Part shown: positions 23,460-36,200 of the stretch, in pieces
Layout: each line of letters starts with the position of its first letter
Position numbering within the stretch: the first letter of the stretch is position 1
DNA from: Octopus vulgaris
Taxonomy: Eukaryota
NCBI GenBank assembly: GCA_951406725.2
Contig: OX597825.1
Span: 35,898,001 to 35,962,000, forward strand
DNA: 64,000 nucleotides
Reading direction: 5' to 3'
Notes under the pieces: model-generated
Database searches by the model: none
What the model saw: the letters and a program-made list of their open reading frames with translations, nothing else
What the model was told of the DNA's origin: nothing
Position numbers and translations under genes: made by a program

Positions 23460-24798
23460 TATATTTAATCTGTATATTTGTGATGTTGATAATCACAGTT
23501 TATGTTATAATAAATACCGTTGCACGAATTAAATTAGTTCCTTGTCAGCACAAATCTTATTGCTCGCGTCGTAAAGCAAAGCAGAAACATCACAATAACG
23601 AGAAAAACAAAATATAGTTAAAATTGAAATAATTTACTTGTGTATGTGTGAGAGAGAGAGACAAGCAGAAGGTGAAGAGAAGTGAGAGATGAGAGAATAG
23701 AGGAAGGTGAAGAGAGGAGAGAGATGGGAGAATGGAGATAGACAGAGAAATAAACAGTGAGGGATAAATTTACATAAAAAATTAAGTTTCAAATTTGTCA
23801 AAAACAAATAAAATAAAACCCACATACACATCCAAAAAAGTGATGATGTATGATGAAATTTAAACAATGCAGTGCAAGTTATCAAATAGCAATTTTGACA
23901 GCCAGAGAGGAAAAAAAAATTAAAATGAGGGGTAGAGATGTTAAAATGATAATGAGAATGTGAATTATTTTGAAGAGAAGAGAAATTGATAACCTGACCT
24001 TTGATAGTGCAGTAAATATTTTTACGAAAACACACATTTCACAAGGGAAACAGAATGTAGGGCAAAATTAACATGGAACACACATAGGCCACAAAATGCC
24101 TCCCCAAACTAACCATCCACCTATCAATGCAAAAAACTTGTATTAGATCTCAAACATTTGGATGCATATATCAGTATCATAATCATTTTCTATCAGGTCT
24201 GGCATGGTGTGGATAGGTTTACACATACTGGCTGCATTTTACCATATCATCAGCACTGGAGAGAATACTTAAAGAATCCCCTCTCTCCTGTATCAAAGCT
24301 CATATATCCAGAGATACAGCTCTCTGAAATGTGTTGCCAGGGTTGCAGAGTGCAAAATCCAAGTCTACTCTATTTGCATATTTGTGCATGTGTGTGTGTG
24401 TGTGCATGCATGCACACACAATAATCATCATCATCAGTCCACTATTTATGTATTGCCACCACAATTACTTGTTGCAGTGTGGAGGCATATATAACTCAGT
24501 GATTCTAAGAACTATGCCAACAGAGTACAAGTTCCAGGTAGGGCCTCCTATACAACATAGATCACAATTAGAGGCCAGATTGATATGGTCCCCTACATAC
24601 AGGTAAATATGGGTTCGCATAGGACCCCCCCCAAAAAAAAAAAGAAGTAAAAAAAGGCAAGCTGCAGAAACATTGATAACAATTCAAAACCAAGAAAATC
24701 TGAGACAGGCCTTCACTCAGGTAAAAGACAGTCCAAAGTTGAGAACAGCAGAGAAAATTTGTCAATAGCCTGTGCTCCAAAAGGAGTGGAAGGTTTAA

Positions 24799-25018
24799 CC
24801 TTTTAGCATTCAGATTATTATTTTAAATATAATGCTTATTTTTTATATTGTTTTGTTTTAATGCATTCATTATCTCATAGCTCTGAGATTCCAGTGATGT
24901 GATAGTTTTATTCTTAGAATGACATTGTAGAGTATGTTGGAAAGGTTGGATCTTGTTAGTTTGAACACAAAGCAGGTAGAATATTTTGACTGGATCTGAC
25001 CAGTTTAAATGCTAAAGG
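24799..25018. mobile_element. piggyBac-like MITE family 2, about 220 bp
   Basis: ttaaccttttagcattcagatta...tttaaatgctaaagg. Homologous copies at about 27411-27628, 55091-55300, 56986-57165 and 63680-63940, and reversed at about 15185-15410. Confidence 0.72.
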
Positions 25019-25399
25019 TGTTGAGTAATTTTTTTCATTGCTGCAATGAGCTGAGCCATCACACTGTCTTGTTACTCACCAGTTCTTCATCTAGCACAAA
25101 CAGCAACAGAGAAATACTGGACAGTTTCAACATTTTGTATCTTGTGTTACTTCTGTCCTGCATTTTATGGTCAGCTAACCTTCCTATCACCAACCATTTT
25201 GCTACCAACACTAAACAGACAGTCCTTTCAAGACTAAAAATTACTGTTGACATCAGCTTTCCATAACTGAGCACTGGTGGAACTGGTTGGCTCTACACAT
25301 GATGCTATCTCTGGGACCACTAACTTAGGATGGCCCCAGCATCATCAAGCAAAGTATGTATATGTATGCATACACACACACACACACACACACATAGGC

Positions 25400-25715
25400 A
25401 CTCCATCGGTTACGACGATGAAGGTTCCAATTGATCCGATTGGAACGGCTTGCTTGTGAAATTAATGTGCAAGTGGCTGAGCACTCCACAGACGTGTGTA
25501 TCCTTAACATAGTTCTCAGGGAGATCCAGCATGACACAAGATGTTACAAGACTGACCCTTTGAAATACAGATATTACTCAATTTTGCTGGTTGAGTGGTG
25601 TGGAGCAACATGAAATCAAGTGTTTTGCTCAAGGACAAAATGCACTGTTGGTTACTGAACTCACAACATTATGGTCATGAGCTAAATACCCTAACCACTC
25701 AGCCACATGCCTTCA
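25400..25715 (-). mobile_element. tRNA-derived SINE family D; further copies at about 39062-39337, 39770-40092 and 14990-15090
   Basis: Shared block ggagcaacatgaaat..agtgt.ttgctcaagga.....gaactca.aac.ttatg.tc.tgagc..aatacc ctaaccact.agcc. On the minus strand this reads as an A-box/B-box-like head followed by tccttgagcaa.acactt. Confidence 0.7.
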
Positions 25716-28024
25716 CCACACACAAAGAGTGATTCAGAAGTCCTCTTCGCACTTAAATGATATATAATTTCTCTTTTATTTTATTACAATTTGGCTTCCA
25801 CACATATTAATACTATTTTTGCTATTCTGTTGTGAATATTTTTGATGTGCACATAGTGTTTTATATATCTTAAAAGTGTGTCAATTATTATCAAAAGATG
25901 AGATAATATTCCTTGTCCTAAAAACAGAACAATATGATGGTAATCCTGTTCAACTGTCTACGTATACATAGTTCAGCTACTTAGGATGACCTAGATACCT
26001 TGTAATGGAACAGCAGAGCAGTAGACCAGCTGTCTTGGAATACCTGAGCCATGGCATTCAACTAGGAGATTGGGGTGGGGATGGGGGCATTAAGAATGCA
26101 ATAAGGGGTTGAGTGAAGGATGTAGTGAGGCAGTAGGAGAGATAGGGAGGAGAGAACAAGATGAGATGTACATTAAATAGCTCAACTGGCCTCAATTGTT
26201 AGTTGGTTTATATTGACCACAAAGAACATTTGAATCATATACATGTGTGTGGAGGTTTTGAAAAGTTCCTGGCTTTGAGGGTATCATGAAAGGCCTAGTT
26301 GGAGGCCCAACCTTCCAAGTTCTTCTACAGGGCTTAGAAAAACTGAAGGATATGCCCCATTGTTTGGGCATGGAGAAATTGTGGTGGGGTGTAGGATCTT
26401 TTTTTTTTCTTTACATGTGACATGGAATTATGAAAATCTCTTTCCACAGCAAACATACTCCACTTATACTCAGCCTAACCAAACCAATCCCTCTAGCCAA
26501 GCATACTGTGTGAAGACTGTTTGATATTTCTTAAAGGAAAATATATAATTATGAAATATTAAAAATAAAATAGTGTTTTTTTTTCAGCCACCGATGGGGC
26601 ATACATTTTTCTAGAAAGTTATGGTGGGGGCCTAGGGAAAACTAGTTTGGGAAACACTGCTTTAGACCAAAATCTCAAAAGGAGCATCAGTCTCTTAGAT
26701 AATCATTTGAAGTACAGCCCATGAGTTAATGATACCTGCCCAAGAACCCCCGACATTGATGGACGCATTCAAAGAAAGACAAGAAGCTACTTCCAGTCTG
26801 AATAACATAATCTCTTATCCTTTACAATGATTGTGCTTAATCTTGACACAAATAGCTCCAGTACAAAAACAGGTTCATAGTACAAGTGTAAAGATAAAAA
26901 AAAATTGATATGCACAAATTTTTGCAACTGCAAATGCGCTGAATATGAGGAATTATAAATGCTTCCAATTCAGATAACATTGATGACTAAAACTATTTAA
27001 TGTCTTTTTTTTTTCTTTTTACATATGATGTCTTTGATGATTTGAGAGTGTGGTCTTTATTTTTAGTAAGTTTGATATTACATTTAATTATAATTTTATA
27101 TTATTTGTTTTTGGTGGTCTTTTAGGCTTTTCTTTTTGGCTCCTAAGCATTTCTAAATTAACTCTAAAAATAACCCCATGTTAAAGGAACTGATTCCATC
27201 ATTAAAAAAAAATACGTTTTATAGATAAAATAATTAGGAAAGTGATGATAGACTTTCATTTGAAAGCAAGTGATATTAAAAACATTTAGATCAGATGATC
27301 AACTCAAACATTAGAACTGTCTAAATATTGGCACGTTCCTCAAAACACTGGTCCTATTGCACTGACCGCTGTCAACTTAAGCTGAAGGTAATTTAGATTC
27401 TTACCTTTAACCTTTCAGCATTCAGATTACTCTATCGAACATAATACTTATTTATTCACATCGTTTTTAAGTAATCATGAATTGTCTTGTAACTTTGAGA
27501 TTCCAAAGATGTGATTGTTTATTTTTAGAATGACATTGGAGGGTAGGTGCAAGCAGCTGGATCAGCCCAGTTTGAATATAAAACTGGTAGAACATTTGGG
27601 CTGGATATGGCTGGTTTAAATGCTAAACAACTAATGTGATACCAAGAAAATAAACAACTGCATCAATATGAAATAACTAGTTGCCAGGATACCTCACTAA
27701 TGAGTATTTGTTAATGGGAGAGTACACACACACACTTTATATTTATACACACATGTACACATTCATATATAAAATTATTATATGGAGACAATGCAGGGTG
27801 GGGAGGGGACTGTTAAGTCATGTCAGGACCATGACAACATATCTAGAACTGATTCCATCATAAAATGCATCTAGTACAGGCATGGGGGAAATATTACCTT
27901 ACTTGGAAAAAGGTGACAGTTGGTGACAGGAAGAACATCCAACCACAGAAAATCTACAACAAATTTAGTCCAGCCTATATGAGCATGAAAATGTGGATGT
28001 TAAAATGATGATGATTTTATATAC

Positions 28025-28090
<66 letters not shown>

Positions 28091-29852
28091 GAGACCAAAG
28101 TGTACGTACGCAGCTATATATATATATATATATACATACAAAATACAAATGGGACAAGAACGCAAAACATCTAGACAGTTAGGTGATACAAAAAAGGGAC
28201 AACAAAACATCCAGATAGACGATACAAAGAAAACAAGGACAGGTCATTTGGAGTTTTCTTTCCTCAGTTGAGTTCCAGATTATCTTTACGATTTCAGTTA
28301 CACACACATAAAATTCTGACCTTCTATGGAAACTTTTGATGTGTGTGTAAAAAATTGAGTTCTAAATCTTGTACTGAGTGCTTTTTTATTTTAGTCTAAT
28401 TTGTAAAGGCAAGCATTTACCTAATTATAAACATAATATATGTACAACAAAGATAGTCAGCATACATAGCCTATGCACGTATACCCTACCCTACACACTC
28501 ATAAACACATGCAAGGTAGTGAGGTCAGTGCAGTTAATATTCAGCTTGAACTTCTGAAAGTTGGATGCTTTGGCGCTTTCTACCCACTTCATAACCAGCT
28601 TCATTAACTTAAGACACATATAATTTCCCCCAGCAGCCTCTATTCACTCATATAAGTGTCACCTTCAGCCCTGCAATACTTGGCTGGTGCTAGGCAACAG
28701 CAATCAGGTCATCAGAGATAATAACTTGCCCACAAAACCTAAGTAGCTAAACTAAGTGACTTAGTGTGAAACTAATTCACCATGAGGCTTTCAACACTAT
28801 CATCAGAGCAGTAACATTTTTCCTAAATGACTTGCAGTATTATTGTTCTCCCTAATTGCTTTTGTCAGCTTCCCACCTGATCCCTATAGTTTTTTTTTAA
28901 ATTTGTTTTTTATTTTAGCTTTACTGAATATGTCCTCTTTATCCTCCTATTCCCTAATTGTTTTTAATCAGCATCCCAGCTGGTCCCTTTTGTTGACACA
29001 ACTGAATTAAAATAGCCTCTACCTTAATATCTCAATCTTTCATTGTGACATTTCCACGCCCATTTTTTTTCTTCTTTAGGATATCTGAATCCAAATACAT
29101 CACAGTTATTTCAGGTACAGTTCTACCCAGAATAATTTTCCTTATTCATCCAAGATACACTTGTCTTTGTGAGATTTGAAACCCAAACTCTGAAACTTAT
29201 TTGATATTTATGCAGTAAAGCACCTTCTTACACACAATAAAAGCAAGCTGTATGTAACAACACTAAAAAAGAAAATTCAAGTAGGTGATAATTAATTCAT
29301 TTTATAATTTCTTTTAAAAATTTATTAACTTACTACATTTTATTATTACTGTTGAAAGATGATGGTGAGCTGGCAGAATTGTTGGCACGCTGGGCAAAAT
29401 GATTAGTGGGATTTTGTCCATTGTTCTGAGTTCTAATATTCTGCCAAGGTCGACTTTGCCTTTCATCTTTTCAGAGTCAATAGAATAAGCTGAATGCTGG
29501 GGCCAAATATTTGGGTTGATATAATCGACTTCACTCTTTCCCCAAAATTACTGGCTGTGTGCCAATAATTATTATTATTTACAGAAGCAAAACGTCTGAG
29601 AAGTGGGATGACCTACTGACTTCTTGGTCATAAGTTCAAATTTTACAATAGCCACCGTGTTTGTACTCTCCTGATTTTGTTTTGCCCTAGTTTGCCAAAG
29701 ACCAGGGTAGATTACTACTTCATGGCAGACAAAGGTAAAAATATGAACAAGTTTCTACATGACTGTTCGACTAAATAGAATATCAACATTCTATTTAGGC
29801 AATCATAACTAAAAAATAATGAAAGGAATGTTCACAATTCTTACAATATATA

Positions 29853-30264
29853 GGTGCAGGAGTGGCTGTGTGGTAGGTAGCTTGTTTACCAACTACATGG
29901 TTCCGGGTTCAGTCCCACTGCGTGGCACCTTGGGCAAGTGTCTTCTACTATAGCCTCGGGCCGACCAAAGCCTTGTGAGTGGATTTGGTAGACGGAAACT
30001 GAAAGAAGTCCGTCGTATATATGTATATATATATATGCGTGTATCTGTTTGTGTCTGTGTTTGTCCTCCTAGCATTGCTTGACAACCGATGCTGGTGTGT
30101 TTATGTCCCCGTTACTTAGCGGTTCGGCAAAAGAGACCGATAGAATAAGTACTGGGCTTACAAAGAACAAGTCACGGGGTCGAGTTGCTCGATTAAAGGC
30201 GGTGCTCCAGCATGGCCGCAGTCAAATGACTGAAACAAGTGAAAGAATAAAAGAATAAAAGAAT
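29853..30264 (+). mobile_element. Near-intact tRNA-derived CORE-like SINE (family A) with an internal TA/GT microsatellite and an (AAAAGAAT)n tail
   Basis: Head tggctgtgtggt...ggttcagtccc (A/B box), CORE-like ggcaccttgggcaagtg, CpGs retained. Older copies at about 36300-36586, 38345-38745, 38790-39515 and 57200-57360 (-), and 40215-40520 and 56129-56586 (+). Confidence 0.88.
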
Positions 30265-30515
30265 ATAAAAAGCAAATGTGGTTTATCTGATGTATTTTTC
30301 TGAAGCAATTATTCTACAAAGATGTCTTCCACCAGTTCTGAGAAAATATACATAGACACACAATAACTTAGTAAAGCTGCTCTACAGATGCCTTCCCACC
30401 AAATTTTAACTCCTAAAAGTAAAAAAAAGCTCTGAGGTATTCATATAGACATCCATCAGTCTAAAAAATATGACAATGTGAATATATATATATATGCAAC
30501 AGAGTCAGTATTAAT

Positions 30516-31028
30516 ACTGAGAGGTGATATTTATCCCCACTTAAATGTGGATGTTCTGTTAGAACAAACTATACTGTGGTAGATACCATGAGAAAACCTT
30601 TCATATTAGCTTTTAGTGCAAAATACACTTTTATTTATATTGCTAGTAGATAAATAAATCCCTGACATCTCCAGTACCAAGATCACCACATCTCATGACT
30701 TCAACCTTTTTTAACAAGTTCACTGGCTAATCATGGCACCAGTACCTTTTCCGGCTGTTTTTTGATACATCACTGGCAGGGAGATGAGTTGCTGCTGTCT
30801 CTGGCAGTCAAACATCTACACTGATGAAACCAGGGAAGGTTGAAATCACATGATCTGGTGATCTCAGCACTGGAGATGGCAGGGATTTATTTCCCCATTA
30901 GCAATATAAATAAGAGTGCACTTTGTACCAAAAGCCAATATGAGAGTTTCTCTCATGGTATCTACCACAGTATAGTTTGTTCTAATAGAACATCCACATT
31001 TAAGTGGGGATAAATATTATCTCTCAGT
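30516..31028. mobile_element. Fold-back / long-TIR MITE, 513 bp, with arms of about 190 bp
   Basis: actgagaggtgatatttatccccacttaaatgtggatgttct... is mirrored by ...agaacatccacatttaagtggggataaatattatctctcagt, around a spacer of about 125 bp. Confidence 0.9.
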
Positions 31029-34000
31029 GCAAGAATACTATGGAACTTCAGTATTGAGAATGACCACCGGATGGCACATAAGCCTACCAATATTTTCCTA
31101 GATTGTTTTCACGCCCTTACTTGAAAAACAGATTAGCAACAAGAAGGGTATTTGGCAGTAAAACAATGCGTCAAAAATGTTTTCATCAAACCCATACTGG
31201 CATGAAAAAAATGGCTGTAAAAGCAACAACAGTGTACTAATAACTAACACAGAATGACTACAATGTTGTACAGCAGCTAGTTGAAACAATTAAGGAATTA
31301 TACCCAAATAGCTGTTGAACAAAAAACATTCTGACATTTAAGGAATGCATCTATCATACCATTTGTAATCAGCACAACTACAGTGACACACGACCATTTC
31401 TGTGAATGCATTGAAAGATCACCTCTAAGGATAGACATGGTCACATTCCAGAAAACAGCAATACAAAGCCCCACAGCAAATATCGTTAAGACAATCTCAC
31501 ATATTAGTTAATTATGAACACTTTCATGTATGTTTTTCCCAGCTGAAACCAAATCAAGGTCTGTAGTTGAAAGGAAACAACCAATTCAGTCATTACTGCC
31601 CCACTCAGGCAAAGTGTACAGGCTAAGGGGTGAAATGTGACCCTGAGATACATTTTGACTCAAAAACACTATTTTTCTTATAAAAATAGTTTATTTCAGG
31701 TGGCTGACATAAATTGCTTGGCCTACCTGAAAATTAATGGGTTTCTACTACCTTTTTAAATTAAATTTTGTGATCAGCCAAGAGCATAAATTGATCTTTT
31801 TTTCCAAAAAGGAGCAATTTCAGTACAGCAAAAACGGTAGCTAACCATGAAAAACAAAGGTCATTTTTGAAATCAGCACCATCAAATTAGCTAAAAAACA
31901 TGTTTTGTTTCTTGACACCAAAAGTCATGTTGACCAGTTTTATAGAGTTGGACTGGGCTAAACAACAAAAACACAAAGTAAAGAAAATTAAATTTGTTTG
32001 CTTTGAAAATGCAAACCTTCACTAATCAGATAAAATGTGAAAGAAATTCAAATATTAAGTCTGGGCCAGATAATGAAGAAAGAAAATAAGCAGGAGTATT
32101 AAGAAACTGGTGATAGGCACTTTTGGTAAAAAAAAAAACTTTTGCTTTTCTATTAGCCTTGCTTGTGTAAAAAGGTCCTTATATAAGCTTTCACTTTCCT
32201 CTTTAATTTTGCTGGTCAGCTTCCCTGCTAATCCTTAAAGTCAGCCTGTTTTGTTAGTGCATGCTCACTCACTCTCTCTCTCTCTCCCTCTCTTCACGTG
32301 TTTATATCTTTTGCTGATATCCTTTGCTCAGCAAAGGATAGCTAAGATATTCTATACAGAGATATCATCTCTCAGGCTTTTCATCTAAGAGATTTTCTTC
32401 TTAAACGATGCTTTGCAAAGATTCAAGGTATCTGTTGTGCATGCAGTTACACAGGCACTCTCTTGTCACTCTTGCCATAGGAAATGCAGTAAGCCAGTGA
32501 TTGACCCATTGCAAACCTGCAATTAACAATGCAATGCTATTGTTGAACAATTAGGATGTAAAACAAATAAAAAAAAAGATTTGAGAGAAATGATTTTTGC
32601 ATAAAAAAAATATGGCCAAATTTATGTGGACATCAATGTTGTTGGTGTTATTTATCTTTAATCAAACAAGGGACCTAAAATCATAGGAGTTTCAGCTAGG
32701 TATCCATGCCAGTGACATATAAAAGATATCCAATAAACTCTGTGGAATGGTTGGCATTATGAAGGACATCCAGCTGTAGAAACCAAGCCAAAAGAGACTC
32801 CAGTCTGTTGCAGCTCTATAGCTTGCCAACTGCAGTCAAACCATCTTACCCAGGCCAGCACGAAAGACAGACACTAAATGATGATGCTTTCCAAAGCATG
32901 TTAGTGCTACATTATCAAGTGAGTACTTTGTTTATGATAGCAAAATTTGATTTGAAGGAGTTTTGACTGTTATTTCAAGCAAACTGTACAGAGAGTCGTA
33001 TGTTGAGTAAACTAATACTGTAAGTTAGTTGGTAGAAGAGACCTGTGGTAAAACACAGCTTGCAGACGATTTTGGAAGGAAGTAAACAGGTGGATCTGAT
33101 TGAATAATAAAGAATAAAAAAAAACTAGAGTTTGAGGAAAGAAATAATGGTTTGTGCTAAAAAAATTAAATAAAAATACAGTTACTAGAAGCATCCTGCC
33201 CTAAATGTCACAACATACATGTATTCAGGCCAGATGAATTTGTCTTAATTTACAAATTTTCATCTGTAGCTCAAGATAAACACTGAAAAACTCACAGATA
33301 AGATGATGTAAGGACCATGAGATTAATGGAGAAGGGCTATTGTGTAAGTTGTATTATAGAGCAGATACCTAATTCCTGACAGCATGGAATGAAAAAAGAA
33401 ATGGATGATGAGGAGGAGATGGATACAATGAGGAGGAATACTTCTAAGAAATAAACAAAATAAAGTAAAAAAAACAACAAATTTTAAAGTGATAAAACAA
33501 ACTAACAAACTCAAGTATTTTTTTTTTAAATATTACAGTAGACAACTACCACATACTGTCACATCACATACATAACAAATTAGGGTGGAGTGAATCAGCA
33601 CAAGTGGGAAACGCGTGGAAGGGAGAGGAGAAGATATGTAAATAAGTAAGTAAAAAGTCTTTTGTGAAAGTTATGCAGGGGGGGGGGGGGTTGCAGGAGC
33701 AAGGCATGTGAAAGGATGCTATGTTTGACGCTCAACTACTCAAACTACTCACCCACACTCCCTCTACACCAGCACAGAAAATGAATGGACATGGTGGTGA
33801 TGATGTTGATGATGATAATGGTGGTGGTAAAATTTTAAAAAATTTCTGCTGTTGCTGCTGATACAACTTCTATTGATAGTAATCTAAAATTTTTTCAGCT
33901 AAAGTAAAGATGCCTTCCTAATGTAAATTATCTAAGTGTTTTGGAGGTGGGTTTGGTTTCATCCAATAACTGCCACTCTGATCAGCAAGCAGCTCTAGTT

Positions 34001-34559
34001 CAACGAAGTTGCTTAGTTATGTTGGTCATGGCTACATTTAAATTAGGTTTAAGTATCTAGTGCAACCTTAATTTGTCAGGGCCAATTCTGACTTCTGAAA
34101 CAATGTGTGTGTGTGTCTGTGTGTGTACGTGTTAAAATAGTCAAGCTGAGGGACAGTGCCAGTGACCTTCAAAGGTCCCTACAATTTGGTGAGATTTAAA
34201 GCAGTTGATGTTCAACTTGAATATCTATAGGACCCTGTCTGCAGCAACAAAAAAAAAAAAAATGAATAAAAACAAACAAACAAAAAAACCCATAAGTGTA
34301 GGAAAGAATTCTGAGGGGCTGCAGTCTTGGAAAAGAAGGATTAGAAGTGTTCAAAGCAGTAAGTGGGAAGATGAAGTAAGGGTTAATGGGAGAAAAAGAT
34401 GGCAGGGATAAGTAAGCCTGGCAGAAGAGTGTATGCAGATTATTACTTCAGAGGAAGGGAGACTATTGAAGCAGTGGTGTAACAGAGAGAAAGAAACTGT
34501 CTGTATGTTGGTGTTATGGGTATTTGCCAATTGGCCAAATGATGTTTTGCCTTTTATTT

Positions 34560-34760
34560 TTATAATGTAATCTCAAATGTTTGCATGCATGTAACAGCAG
34601 TAGCATCCTAGATATGTGAGCAGTACTTGAATGTAGGCCACACTTGACTTATGAAGAGGTTCAACAACAGATTACAGCTGCAGTAGTTCTTGGTTCTAAA
34701 GAAGAGACCTAGTCTATTGTAGTTTTGAAAATGTTATGAAAGTGATGTCACTAGGAGAGA
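34560..34760 (-). mobile_element. Very old CR1/L2-like LINE ORF2 fragment
   Basis: The minus strand reads LFISQVWPTFKYCSHI*, similar to the CR1/L2 motif LYxxxxRPxLEYCSxVW. Confidence 0.35.
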
Positions 34761-36148
34761 CCATCAAAAGACTGTGAGGCGTTCAAGTATTTGCAACAGA
34801 TTTGAGAGATTTTTTTAATTGTGCTTCACTCTTAAAATGTCTACTACTCATAACATACTCTCCTCTATAAATATTCTCCAGTAAAGAGCAAAATGAAAAA
34901 GAACAAAAACCTTAAAACATGCAACGCTTAAATCTGTCTAAGTTTAAAGCTTCGTTATAATCCACCGTCAAACCTGATTTGCATCTTAAAAATCCTTATG
35001 AAAGTCTCAGATATCAAAGCCACAAAACTCTCAACTCCCTTAAATACACACACACGCAATATGCAACCTGTATAGAAGAATAAACTAAATCATTTAATAA
35101 GTAAACATTCCTTCATTCTGATTCAGTAGTGATAACAACCAACTAACCTTGTATCAGAAACTCTGTATCCCATATCATATAAAATAAGTAAATTAACAGC
35201 AGCATGAATAACATCTATATACTACCAAAGATAAAAACCGATAAGAGAAAAATTAAGCAAAACCTTGCCTTTAAATGAGTATTTACATATGTCTATACAC
35301 AGTTTAACGAGTATTTGCACATGTCTACACACATATTATTTGAAATGAAATAAAGAGTGCAAAATAGGCAGACAGAGGACAATGCCAGACTGAACCACCA
35401 TCATCATTGAAAGTCTGCTTTTTCATGCATGCATAGGTTGGATGGAATTTGCTGAGGTAGATTTTCCATAACTGGACGCTCTTCATGCCACATACCCTCA
35501 CTTGTTTTCAAGCAAAAGTTTTTCCACAGAAGAAAGGAATCAAACACTCACACTTGAATGATGATGATGCTCACTGACAACCATCACATGATGTCTAGAT
35601 ACATGTGTGTGTGTGTGTGGGGGGGTTATACACAAACATGCACACATACACACACAACAGGCTTCTTTCAGTCTCTATCCACCAAATCCACTCACAAGGT
35701 TTTGGATGGCTTGAGGGCTATAGTAGAAGACATTTGTCCAAAGTGCTGCACATTGGGACAGAATCCAACACCACTTGAATGGTTGATTAATTTTTCATAT
35801 TGCTGATCTACAATCAAAGAATTCAAGCCATAACTATGCCATTAGTTACACTTTTAGACAGTGTACCCCAGATAACATCATTCTGTGTTTTACACTTTTA
35901 TTAAACATGGTATTGTTTGAGAGAAATATGGTTGTTATTTCCATCAAGCTTATTGATCATGTAGGTCCTTCTCTATTTTTCTTGTAAAAGAATTTTATTT
36001 CAACATCTTATGATTATGTGATCAAAGATTAATTCCTACAGAATTTAATTTTGTTCTACCAATCTCAGAATTCAATAAATTGAGAATAGTAATAAATAAT
36101 TGGACCCAGTTCTTGATAACTAAGAACCAGTTTTACAGCAACATAGGG

Positions 36149-36200
<52 letters not shown>

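Noticed and set aside
29080-29114. Possible 35-nt plus-strand micro-exon (tttcttctttag|GATATC...TTTCAG|gtacag)
   Set aside because: The donor is weak, no partner exons were found and the peptide is unrecognisable. Such sites occur by chance in AT-rich DNA.
29853-29925. tRNA-like sequences at SINE heads
   Set aside because: They are the A/B-box heads of multi-copy SINEs and show no complete cloverleaf, so they are not called tRNA genes.
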